From positions 7,292 to 71,291 of the forward strand of contig CAKOQC010000006.1 in the NCBI GenBank assembly GCA_934101175.1: 64,000 nt of DNA, given 5' to 3'. The position numbers were made by a program, and so were the translations under genes. The stretch comes from an uncultured Bacilli bacterium. GTDB lineage: Bacteria > Bacillota_I > Bacilli_A > RF39 > UBA660. Shown here one piece after another: positions 18,209-27,602 of this stretch (the stretch's first letter is position 1; the number at the start of each line of letters is the position of its first letter). The notes below the pieces were generated by a model. The model ran no database searches. It was not told where the DNA came from and saw nothing but the letters and a program-made list of their open reading frames with translations.

Positions 18209-20347
18209 ATGAAAAAGATAGAACTACTTGCTCCTGCTGGTAATATGGAATGCTTAAAAGCGGCAGTTATGGCAGGATGTGATGCAGTATACTTAGGAGG
18301 AGACCATTTTGGTGCTAGAGCTTTTTCTAAGAATTTTTCTCGTGAAGAAATAGTAACTGCAATTAAATATTGTCACTTATATGGAGTTAGGGTATATGTT
18401 ACAGTTAATACACTTATATATGATAATGAAGTAGACGACTTTCTTAATTATATAGAATTTATACATAAAAATAATGTAGATGCTATTATTATTCAAGATT
18501 TAGGAATGTTTGATTTAGTTAGAAAGACATTTCCTAAATTAGAAATACATGCTTCTACTCAGATGCATATCCATAATTTAGATGGAGTTAAATTAATGGA
18601 AAAACTTGGTATGAAAAGAGTTGTTTTAGCTAGAGAAACTAGTATTGATAAAATTAAAGAGATTAAAGATAATAGTAATGTAGAATTAGAAGTATTTGTT
18701 CATGGTGCTTTATGTATTAGTTATTCTGGGCAATGTCTTATGAGTAGTTTAATTGGTGGTAGAAGCGGTAATAGAGGTACTTGTGCTGGTAGTTGTAGAC
18801 TTAAATATGATATTGTTAATGAAAATGGAAAGAAGTTAAATACCTTGGAGTATCCTCTTAGTACTAAAGATTTAAATAGTTTAGATAATATAGGAAAACT
18901 AATAGATATTGGTGTTAGTAGTTTAAAAATAGAAGGTAGAATGAAATCATTAGAATATGTCTATATGGTAGTTAGGATATATAGAGAAGCAATTGATTCT
19001 TATTATGATACAGGTAGAGTTTATATAGATTTAGATAAACTTAAGAAATTGAAGAAGATTTTTAATAGAGAGTACACTAAAGGATTTTTAGGAAATACAA
19101 ATAATGATGATATTATTAATGGATATAGACCTAATCATATGGGCGTAGATATAGGAAGAGTAATTGATTATAATAAGGGAATGGCTAGAATTAAACTTAA
19201 AGATAATTTGGTTATTGGTAGTGGTCTTAGGGTAATTGGAAAGAATGATGTAGGAATTAAGGTTAATGATTTTTATATAAATGGCAAACTTGTTAAGGAA
19301 GCTAATGAGGGGGACACTATTAGTATTAAGGTATTAGATAAGGTGTATCCAGGTGATAAGGTAGTTATTACGTTAGATAAGAAAATTAATGATGATATTG
19401 AAAGAATGGTTAATGCTAATTTACGTAAGGTAGATATTTCAGGAAAATTTATAGGTAGAATTAATGAGAAGATGAAGCTTATAGTTAGTGATGGAGTTAA
19501 TGAAGTTTATCTAGAAGGTAATGTTTTGGAAGAAGCTAAAAAAAATCCTACTAAGGAAGAGGATATTAGAATTAAACTTAATAAGTTAGGAAATACAATA
19601 TATGAATTTAAAGAGTTAGATATTGAGATAGATAATAATGTATTTATTCCAATTGGAGAAGTTAATGAACTTAGAAGAATGGTACTAGATAAACTTAGTG
19701 AGAAAAGATTATATGATACGGAGTTTATTAAGGAGAAGTATTATATAGATGTTCCTTCATTCAAGAGAGAAAGATTAGTTAGTTGTTTAGTTAATAAGAA
19801 GGAAGATATAGATAAGTTAGATATGGATTATGATATTATATATTGTTATCAAGAAAGTGATAAGAGTATATTAAAACTTCCTAGGGTAATAGATAAATAT
19901 CCTGATAATTTGAATTTAGCATTAGTTGGAGATATTGGAGCTTTTTATCATGGAAAGAATTTATATACAGATTTTTCTTTAAATGTTGTTAATTCTTATA
20001 CAGTAGCTTTCTTACATTCACTAGGAGCTAAGATGGTTACATTATCCTATGAGCTTACGGAACTACAAATAAAGGAATTAATTGATAATTATCTTAAAAG
20101 ATATAGAAGTTATCCTTCTACTGAGGTAATTGTATCAGGATATGAAGAAGTAATGATTTCTAAGTTTAGTTTGAATAAATTTTATAAGAATGATAATATT
20201 TATCTTAGAGATATGTTTGGTAATAGATATAAGATAATTAATAGAGATAATTTAATGTATATATATAATTATAAGAAGAGAGAATGTTATAGTGATAGGT
20301 TATATGATATGGGAGTAAATTCTTTGAGATTTAATTTTGATAGATAG
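18209..20347 (+). CDS. Peptidase U32 family protein (collagenase-like, long form with C-terminal extension)
   Basis: 'MKKIELLAPAGNMECLKAAVMAGCDAVYLGG..FGARA' is the U32 N-terminal signature. The start is placed at the internal Met after the RBS 'ggaag'. Confidence 0.8.
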   Translation: MKKIELLAPAGNMECLKAAVMAGCDAVYLGGDHFGARAFSKNFSREEIVTAIKYCHLYGVRVYVTVNTLIYDNEVDDFLNYIEFIHKNNVDAIIIQDLGMFDLVRKTFPKLEIHASTQMHIHNLDGVKLMEKLGMKRVVLARETSIDKIKEIKDNSNVELEVFVHGALCISYSGQCLMSSLIGGRSGNRGTCAGSCRLKYDIVNENGKKLNTLEYPLSTKDLNSLDNIGKLIDIGVSSLKIEGRMKSLEYVYMVVRIYREAIDSYYDTGRVYIDLDKLKKLKKIFNREYTKGFLGNTNNDDIINGYRPNHMGVDIGRVIDYNKGMARIKLKDNLVIGSGLRVIGKNDVGIKVNDFYINGKLVKEANEGDTISIKVLDKVYPGDKVVITLDKKINDDIERMVNANLRKVDISGKFIGRINEKMKLIVSDGVNEVYLEGNVLEEAKKNPTKEEDIRIKLNKLGNTIYEFKELDIEIDNNVFIPIGEVNELRRMVLDKLSEKRLYDTEFIKEKYYIDVPSFKRERLVSCLVNKKEDIDKLDMDYDIIYCYQESDKSILKLPRVIDKYPDNLNLALVGDIGAFYHGKNLYTDFSLNVVNSYTVAFLHSLGAKMVTLSYELTELQIKELIDNYLKRYRSYPSTEVIVSGYEEVMISKFSLNKFYKNDNIYLRDMFGNRYKIINRDNLMYIYNYKKRECYSDRLYDMGVNSLRFNFDR

Positions 20348-20349
20348 AA

Positions 20350-20390
20350 AAAAAGTTATAATATAATGGTTTGTATTATAACTTTTTTTA
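20350..20390. terminator. Bidirectional terminator between the convergent U32 gene and the T7SS operon
   Basis: The hairpin is 'aaagttataat...attataacttt', followed by a T-run. Confidence 0.5.
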
Positions 20391-20398
20391 ATTATTAA

Positions 20399-20698
20399 TT
20401 ATACTATTGGGGTTCTTTCAGGAATGGTAATTTCTTCAAATGAACTGAAATCTTCATTTATTTTACTATTTAATTTTTTATAGTTATTATCAGTTTTTTG
20501 ATAGTTTTCTTTTATTCCTTTAAGATCACTTTTAAATTCTGCTACTATTCCAGAAAATCCTTCTAGGACGCTATCTGAAATTTCATCAGGGATGTCAAAA
20601 GTTACTGTTGATAGTGATTTTATTTTATTCTCAGCAAGAGTACTATTTTTTTCTTGACTTTTTAATAATCCTAATTCGGGATATGTTACTTTTGTCAT
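20399..20698 (-). CDS. Small T7SS-associated helical protein (99 aa)
   Basis: It is the last gene of the essC-esaB-WXG operon and is 4-nt coupled to the upstream gene. Confidence 0.3.
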   Translation of the reverse strand: MTKVTYPELGLLKSQEKNSTLAENKIKSLSTVTFDIPDEISDSVLEGFSGIVAEFKSDLKGIKENYQKTDNNYKKLNSKINEDFSSFEEITIPERTPIV

Positions 20699-21003
20699 AT
20701 GTTATTATAATCCTCCTCTGCTTGACTTTGTCTTACACAGGTATCAACGCTACTAGCAGTAGCTATTAATTTACTAGCAAATTCTTTTAATGAATCATAG
20801 AAATCTAGGTATTGTTGTTTATCTAAAGCTACGATTTGAACATATTTGTCAGCTTTAGTTCCGCGCCATGACCTATCATCTGTAGGAATGGTTGTTAATT
20901 TTTTAAACAAATTAGTTATTTCTATGTTATATTCATTTGCTATATCAATTATTTCATTACCTATGTCAGTAATATTTTTACTATCAGCATATGTAAAATT
21001 CAC
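20695..21003 (-). CDS. WXG100-family small secreted protein
   Basis: It is 102 aa and helical, with a central 'SWRGTKADKY' (W-x-G) motif. Confidence 0.45.
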   Translation of the reverse strand: MNFTYADSKNITDIGNEIIDIANEYNIEITNLFKKLTTIPTDDRSWRGTKADKYVQIVALDKQQYLDFYDSLKEFASKLIATASSVDTCVRQSQAEEDYNNI

Positions 21004-21338
21004 TTTTTACCACCTCTTTTGGCCGCAGCCGCAGCTGCAGCTGCAGCTAACTTTCTTAATTCTTCAGCAATTAAGGCATTTAACTGAGCTATTCTGGCAT
21101 TTACTTTAGGTACGGTCACGTTATTTAGGTGATTTTTTACTTTATTAACCGAATTTGCGGCATCAATAACTCTTTTATGAGTTTTTGTTTCATCACCATC
21201 AATATTATAGCTTTGTGCTACTGATAATGCAGTACTTTGGTATGTTCCTTCTAAACTAGATAGCGTACTAGTAGTACTAGCAATAGTTCCTAGTAGAGCT
21301 TTACATTTAGCTAATTGTTGATAATAGTATCCTAACAT
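21000..21338 (-). CDS. Small helical T7SS-cluster protein with C-terminal poly-Ala/basic tail
   Basis: It is 112 aa and ends in '...LRKLAAAAAAAAAKRGGKK'. Confidence 0.3.
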   Translation of the reverse strand: MLGYYYQQLAKCKALLGTIASTTSTLSSLEGTYQSTALSVAQSYNIDGDETKTHKRVIDAANSVNKVKNHLNNVTVPKVNARIAQLNALIAEELRKLAAAAAAAAAKRGGKK

Positions 21339-21356
21339 ATTGTGACCTCCTTATTC

Positions 21357-21827
21357 TTAGTCTAGGCTTAATCCTTGAGCAGCTGATCTTATTTCTTGTG
21401 CATTTGATGAAGTACTTTGTGCTACGTTTTGTTGACCTTCTTGCCATTGTTTATATGCTTGTTTTGCTTTGAAAGCTTCAAGACGCATTGTATGTACATA
21501 TGCTTGTAACAAAGTCTTAGCAGCAGTAACGAATTCTGTTACAGCTTGTTGAGTATCTCCTTTAAAAGCTACAGCAGTATTAGCAGCAGCGTTGAATTCA
21601 GCTATTTGAGCTTCAATTGTATCACAATATCTATAAATTGCTGGAACTAGAGTACCTTCTAATTCAGCTTCGCTGATTCCAACAAATCCTCCATTCCATA
21701 ATCCAGATATACCAGCATTTAATGTACCAATAACGCTTTCTAATCTTGACTTTCCTTGGGTAATTGCTGATTGAACATTATTTCCAACTGCTGATCCAAC
21801 ATTTTGTAATCCACTTTGTATTGACAT
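21357..21827 (-). CDS. WXG100-like helical protein (156 aa)
   Basis: It has a 'GLWNGGF' motif within a helical hairpin context. Confidence 0.4.
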   Translation of the reverse strand: MSIQSGLQNVGSAVGNNVQSAITQGKSRLESVIGTLNAGISGLWNGGFVGISEAELEGTLVPAIYRYCDTIEAQIAEFNAAANTAVAFKGDTQQAVTEFVTAAKTLLQAYVHTMRLEAFKAKQAYKQWQEGQQNVAQSTSSNAQEIRSAAQGLSLD

Positions 21828-21856
21828 TTTTTCTCCTCCTTTACTATATGTTATTA

Positions 21857-22165
21857 TTAATTAAAATTTATACTTTGGTCTACGTCGATCATTCCACCGC
21901 CTGATGCATGTAATCCACCTACAACGGCATTTCCAGCTTCTTCTAATGCTTTAATTACTTGATTAGCATCTTCTTGAACTTTGTCTTTAAATTTATTTGC
22001 AGATTGTCCAACCCATGCTTGGTCTACTGAAATGTTAATGTTAGCTAAACCAGTACGCATTGCTGAAATAGTATTAGCTATGCAATTTACATTTATTTCA
22101 TTGATTAAATGTTGTAGTCCTTCTGAATCATAACCGAATGTTGAATTTTCAAAATTTAGTGCCAT
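21857..22165 (-). CDS. WXG100 family protein (EsxA/EsxB-like)
   Basis: It is 102 aa, with 'VDQAWVGQSANKF' (W-x-G) at the expected central position. Confidence 0.6.
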   Translation of the reverse strand: MALNFENSTFGYDSEGLQHLINEINVNCIANTISAMRTGLANINISVDQAWVGQSANKFKDKVQEDANQVIKALEEAGNAVVGGLHASGGGMIDVDQSINFN

Positions 22166-22167
22166 CC

Positions 22168-22533
22168 TTAATCCACCTCCTTAACTTTGCTTTTCATATC
22201 TTCAACAGTTCCTTTTCCTTGATTAGCGATATTTGTTAATTCTCTATCGCCTTCAGCCATCTTTCTATTTAGTATACTCATATCGTCAGAATATGAAATA
22301 GCATTTCCTTTAATTATTGAATAATTATCTTTAAGGCTTTGATATTTTTCTTTGATTACTTCTAGAGCGTCACATTCAAGATAACTCTCTAAAGTTTCAA
22401 ATTTTTCATCTAGCTTATCGAAAAGAATTGATAGATTATCAGCGCTTGTCATAAAATCAAGAGCTAATTTTTCTAAGCCTTCACTATTAATTGCTAGATT
22501 TATTTCTTGTTCACTTACTACTTGACTACTCAT
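22168..22533 (-). CDS. Small helical T7SS-cluster protein (121 aa)
   Basis: It lies immediately downstream of esaB. It has no W-x-G motif and is EsxC/D-like by size and position only. Confidence 0.3.
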   Translation of the reverse strand: MSSQVVSEQEINLAINSEGLEKLALDFMTSADNLSILFDKLDEKFETLESYLECDALEVIKEKYQSLKDNYSIIKGNAISYSDDMSILNRKMAEGDRELTNIANQGKGTVEDMKSKVKEVD

Positions 22534-22650
22534 AAATCACCTCTTATTAATTATTCTTAGAGTACATACATTCTCTACTCTAAATTTATTATTACACGTA
22601 TTTTTTTGTTTGTAAAGTTTTTTTGTTTTAGCATTTACATTATTTGTAAA

Positions 22651-22911
22651 CTATTTAGAATCTAATACTAATTCAGTACCATTTCTTATATCAGTATTTC
22701 TTATGGCAATACTATCAGAATATAATTCAGATGTTTTTCGGTTATATAGATATACTTTATTCTTAATAGGATATACTCCATTAGTAATATTATTAATTAG
22801 TCTATTTATTAGGGTATTTACTTGACTAACTGTCTTATTGATAGGGATATACATTTCATAATTTTTTTCTATTTCAGGGACATATAGTTTAATTAATACT
22901 TTATATTCCAT
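22651..22911 (-). CDS. esaB: EsaB/YukD ubiquitin-like T7SS protein
   Basis: It is 86 aa ('MEYKVLIKLYVPEIEKNYEMYIPINKTVSQ...'), the size and beta-grasp-like pattern of YukD. It is directly downstream of essC. Confidence 0.6.
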   Translation of the reverse strand: MEYKVLIKLYVPEIEKNYEMYIPINKTVSQVNTLINRLINNITNGVYPIKNKVYLYNRKTSELYSDSIAIRNTDIRNGTELVLDSK

Positions 22912-25900
22912 TATTCATCACCATCCATAACTGTCCTTATAACAGTATATTTAGCATCGGTTATTGTATATGCTAATCCATTAAAGCTATATTTTTTATC
23001 TTCTTGAGTTAATTCATTAGTAGCAAAGATGCTTTGATTACTTAGTCCTTTACCTAACCAAATTCCTTTATTATTATTAATAATATTATACCATGGTTCT
23101 AATTTAAGAGATTTTATTCTGTCATAGTCATCTACTAAGATAAAGGTTTCTTTTTTAGATTTTATGATGTTATTAAATAGATTTTGGAATATTTCTATAC
23201 CTCCTGGTGATAAGACTTTTTTGTATTTACCTATTCCAATTATTATATTGATAGCATTATCTTGAAGTTCTGTTCTAGTTAGGACATCTTTTTCTACTGA
23301 TGCAAAGACAACATCAATATTATCTTGGAATAGTTTTATATCTAAGATAGGTTTTTTAAAGATTTCTAACATGTCGATGACACGTACTTTTACGTTTGGT
23401 ATTTTACTTAATACTCCTACTAATCCATAGATAGCATTAATATTTTCTTTTATGTCTTTACCTGTAACTAGATAGATTTTTTCATCTAAGAAGTTATATT
23501 TAGCAATAGTTTTTTCATAGAAATTATATCCTATTGGAACATTTTCTAGATTAGTTATATATTGGGTTAATTCTTCACTAGTTATGTTATCAGGTACTTT
23601 TGCTAATTGTTTGGCTTTAGTTTTATAGTAAGATATCATTTTAGTAGCCATAGTGTTAAGATATTCTATTTGTTTATCTTCTTCTATTATGTTAGTAGTT
23701 TGGAATTCACAATAAGAATCGGCGTCTTCTCCTATTTTACAAATACCACGGCCAATATAATTACCTGGGAATAATCCTCTTCTACAATTAGTAATTCCAC
23801 GGTAGAAGGAATCATCTTGTAGTTGCATTACAATAACGTTATTAAAGAATTGTAATTGTCTTTGTCTTAGACCATTTTGATTAGAAGTACTTACAATATA
23901 AATAATTCCATATCTTGGTCCATCACGATACATTGAATTTAGAGCTTCATAGAATTTAGCCATGGTCTCTTCAAAAATTTCGATACCATTAATAACTACA
24001 ACGATTAATGGCTTTTTCTTTTCATTTACTTTGTTGTAGTATTCGAATGAACCATTATAGTCAGTAAATTCTTCTTTTCTTTTATCTTGTTCTTCTAAGA
24101 TAAGATTTAGGACACCAATTATTTTATCGGGTTCTCCTTGGGTTACTACTTCTCCAACATGAGGAAATTTAGAGAATTTCTTTAGAGTTTCAGCAGCCAT
24201 ATCAATGATATAGTAATTTATTTCAGCAGGAGTATGTTCACTAATACTTGACCAGATGATAGTAGTTAGTAGCATTTCTTTTCCTGAACCAACTTGACCA
24301 ATTATACCAACATTTCCTTTTATTAAGTCTAGTTCTAGTAGGCCTTGTTCCTGTCTTCTCGGTTCATCATATTCACCAATGGCAATATTATATTTATATG
24401 GAGTTATTTGATGGTTATACTTAGTTATTAGGTCTTTAAGGTAAGTAACTGGTTTTACGTTAGGTAACCATAATTGTCTTTTAATTAGTTTTTCTTTCTT
24501 ACTAGCAGTATCTATATACTGAATGATATTGATTAATTCTTCACCTTTACATTCTTTTTTAGTAGTTCTTATTTTATCATCATCAAAACTACTAATTACT
24601 TTACCAATATTGCTTATGTATTCAACGGATTGGTCGATCTTTTTTTGGAGGACATCTGATGGGTAGTATTTAGCACCTGCCCAAGCTGATTGGCCTAGAT
24701 TATAGTATTCATCAGTACCAACTTCTAAGTAGAAGGCACCAACTTGTTTTAGGTAAGCAGCATCTGGTTTTTTTAGTACTTCATTAGAATCACTAACACT
24801 TTGTACTTTTAAGCAGACTTTGAATTTAGAGTTTGACCATATTTGATCATTAACAACACCGCTTGGTTTTTGAGTAGCTAGAATTAAGTGCACTCCTAGG
24901 CTACGACCGATACGAGAGATGGAAATTAATTGATCCATAAATTCGGGTTGTTGACTTTTTAATTCAGCAAATTCATCGCATATGATTAAGAGATGACTCA
25001 TTGGTTCTTTTACCATGCCTTTACGATATAATTCTTGATATTTATAAATGTTCATAGAGCCTTCTTTTAAATCTTCACGTGCTTCATTAAAGACTGATTG
25101 TCTTCTTTTTAGTTCTGATTCAATAGAAGCTATTGATCTATTTATGGCAGATTTGTCTAGGTTAGTAATTGTTCCTGCTAAATGAGGAAGTTTTATACCT
25201 AGTTGTTCATTTTCAAAACTTAGAGCTAGACCGCCACCTTTATAGTCTATTAATACAAATTGTAATTCATCAGGATGGTAATTTACTGCTAATGATAAGA
25301 TGTAGGTAATAATCCATTCACTTTTACCACTACCGGTAGTTCCTGCTATTAGTCCGTGAGGTCCATATTGTTTTTCATGAATATCCATTTTAAATAATTC
25401 ACCATTTTGATCTATACCTACAGGAACAGATAAAGTATTAGTAGGATTATTATTAGCCCAACGTTCATTAATATTTAATTGTTCTACTTTACCAACACCA
25501 TACATTTCTAAGAAAGATAGGCTATTAGGTAGTTCATATTTAGATTTTTCTACAACAATTGGAATGTTAGCAATCTTTTTAGCATAAGCATAAATATCGA
25601 TGTTTGTAAGATAATCTCCAACAAATTTCTTTTGATTATCTTTAGATAATTCATTTTTAATTAGACCACATTCTATCTGATCAATTATTATAAATGAGGT
25701 AGTTTCACTAGGAAGTGTTGATAAGCGATCATTAGCTATTAATAGTGAGAAACCAACATTCTTTTTATATTTTAAGATTTTCTTAATTAGAGGTACATTT
25801 CTGATATTAGATATTTCATCAGTAAAAATTAGATAGTATGGTTTATATTCTTTATATATTTCTTTATCAAGTTCTTCTGAACCATCATCTTCGTTCTTTT

Positions 25901-27497
25901 CATTTTCTTCTTGTGCTACCCTACTATCAAAGGATTTGTCTAATTCAAGAGTAATTTCTGTTAGCTCTTCAATATTGGTAGCAAAATATCTTGTTTGTTT
26001 AGAGTTATCCCAACAATGAGGTATTATTTTTAGATAATCCCACTTATTAGCACTTTCGGTGTATACTATTATTTTTAATTCACTATAAGAATGAAGCGTC
26101 ATTATTTGAAGAAAGACATTATCAAGAAAACTCTTTAGAAGTGGATCTTGTCCTACTACGGCAGTAATATAATCTTCAGTTAAGGTAATTGTTTGAGGAA
26201 CTTTTTCGATAGTTTGAGCATCCAATACTACTTTTTGAAGATCTTGATATAGTCTATCAGTGTCTTCTATGGTAAATTTATCTTCAGGAATATCTACTTT
26301 TATTTTAGCACTAACATTACCTATACCTAGTCTTATTTGAAGAAAATCTTCATGTTCTATATTTCTTTGCCATAAGATACGATTTCTTTGATCAATAGCT
26401 TGAGTTAATTTATCGACGGTGATAGCATTTTCAATAATGATTTGTTTTTGTTTTTGTTTGATATAAGAAATTTCTTGTTTCTTTTTATCTAGATAGCTAC
26501 TATATCTTTGTCTTCTTTTAGTTTCTTTTCTTAAGTAATTTTTCTTATTTATATTTCTAGCAATTCCTGGCCATAGAAAAGCTCCTACGGCAGTTACTAA
26601 CATTGTAGAGATGGAAAAGATTAAACTTATTGTGTTGTCTTCGCCGCTTCCTTGCTTAGAAAAATTATTAATAGTAGCAGCAATAGAAATTCCTGAGGTT
26701 ACAATCATAGTAAGCTGAGGACCAATCGTAGTTATTAAAGGGGTTTGATCCATACTTTCTGGAGCTGGTGGCTCATCTATTTTGACAGTTTCTTCTTCAA
26801 TAACAGAATCAAAACGAGGAGACTTGAAGAAGTAATCATCCTTAGTATACAAAGGGGTATCATCAGGAATATTTGATTCAATTACACTAGACTCTTTAGT
26901 ATTATCTTCATTTACTAAAGTTAGAGATTTATTAATAGTAACTAGACCATTAGGATTGTTAATTAAAATATTCTTACCATAAAAGATTATTTTTAGGCCT
27001 TCAAAGAAAAGATAGTCACCATTAAAAAGATAGGCTTTAGACACTACTTTATCTACTAAAATGACATCAGGATAAGTTGTTTCCATAGTCCAATAATAAT
27101 TATTATATGTAAGAGTAATATTACCGTTTGGTAAGTTTTCTTTTTTATAATAAATATCATTAGAAAAATCATTACCTATAACTAAAGTATCCTTACCTAC
27201 TATATATTTATACATGTTTTCATCATAAGTAGGAATAGCATATAGATAATATTTTTCATTATTAATAGTATCTTTTACAATTAAACTAACATAGTTAACA
27301 ATAGAAAGATTACTTTGATATTCAACAATAATGTTTGTAGTGGGTTTAAAAATCCAAGAGTTATTCTCTTCTTCTATATTTCCTAAAAAAGTATTGTCCT
27401 TTCCATGTATCTGATAGACACCACTTATTTTTACAGGAAGAATACTTTTTGTTACAAAATCATTATCTATTATATATATTATCATATTGTTTCCCAC
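22911..27497 (-). CDS. essC: Type VIIb secretion ATPase EssC/YukB (FtsK/SpoIIIE family, N-terminal FHA-like domains, 2 TM, multiple P-loop domains)
   Basis: It is 1528 aa. TM helices lie near residues 250-310. D1 Walker A is 'GLIAGTTGSGKSEWIITYIL...VLIDYKGGG'. D2 has a degenerate 'GIIGQVGSGKE'. The N-terminal forkhead-associated-like repeats match EssC. Confidence 0.9.
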   Translation of the reverse strand: MGNNMIIYIIDNDFVTKSILPVKISGVYQIHGKDNTFLGNIEEENNSWIFKPTTNIIVEYQSNLSIVNYVSLIVKDTINNEKYYLYAIPTYDENMYKYIVGKDTLVIGNDFSNDIYYKKENLPNGNITLTYNNYYWTMETTYPDVILVDKVVSKAYLFNGDYLFFEGLKIIFYGKNILINNPNGLVTINKSLTLVNEDNTKESSVIESNIPDDTPLYTKDDYFFKSPRFDSVIEEETVKIDEPPAPESMDQTPLITTIGPQLTMIVTSGISIAATINNFSKQGSGEDNTISLIFSISTMLVTAVGAFLWPGIARNINKKNYLRKETKRRQRYSSYLDKKKQEISYIKQKQKQIIIENAITVDKLTQAIDQRNRILWQRNIEHEDFLQIRLGIGNVSAKIKVDIPEDKFTIEDTDRLYQDLQKVVLDAQTIEKVPQTITLTEDYITAVVGQDPLLKSFLDNVFLQIMTLHSYSELKIIVYTESANKWDYLKIIPHCWDNSKQTRYFATNIEELTEITLELDKSFDSRVAQEENEKNEDDGSEELDKEIYKEYKPYYLIFTDEISNIRNVPLIKKILKYKKNVGFSLLIANDRLSTLPSETTSFIIIDQIECGLIKNELSKDNQKKFVGDYLTNIDIYAYAKKIANIPIVVEKSKYELPNSLSFLEMYGVGKVEQLNINERWANNNPTNTLSVPVGIDQNGELFKMDIHEKQYGPHGLIAGTTGSGKSEWIITYILSLAVNYHPDELQFVLIDYKGGGLALSFENEQLGIKLPHLAGTITNLDKSAINRSIASIESELKRRQSVFNEAREDLKEGSMNIYKYQELYRKGMVKEPMSHLLIICDEFAELKSQQPEFMDQLISISRIGRSLGVHLILATQKPSGVVNDQIWSNSKFKVCLKVQSVSDSNEVLKKPDAAYLKQVGAFYLEVGTDEYYNLGQSAWAGAKYYPSDVLQKKIDQSVEYISNIGKVISSFDDDKIRTTKKECKGEELINIIQYIDTASKKEKLIKRQLWLPNVKPVTYLKDLITKYNHQITPYKYNIAIGEYDEPRRQEQGLLELDLIKGNVGIIGQVGSGKEMLLTTIIWSSISEHTPAEINYYIIDMAAETLKKFSKFPHVGEVVTQGEPDKIIGVLNLILEEQDKRKEEFTDYNGSFEYYNKVNEKKKPLIVVVINGIEIFEETMAKFYEALNSMYRDGPRYGIIYIVSTSNQNGLRQRQLQFFNNVIVMQLQDDSFYRGITNCRRGLFPGNYIGRGICKIGEDADSYCEFQTTNIIEEDKQIEYLNTMATKMISYYKTKAKQLAKVPDNITSEELTQYITNLENVPIGYNFYEKTIAKYNFLDEKIYLVTGKDIKENINAIYGLVGVLSKIPNVKVRVIDMLEIFKKPILDIKLFQDNIDVVFASVEKDVLTRTELQDNAINIIIGIGKYKKVLSPGGIEIFQNLFNNIIKSKKETFILVDDYDRIKSLKLEPWYNIINNNKGIWLGKGLSNQSIFATNELTQEDKKYSFNGLAYTITDAKYTVIRTVMDGDE

Positions 27498-27602
27498 CTT
27501 TTTATTATAAGTTAAGTATACATTATTTTATATTTTGTGTCAATTACAATGAATAGAGTTTGACTAAAATGAAAACTGTGATATGATAAAGATGGTGATA
27601 GG

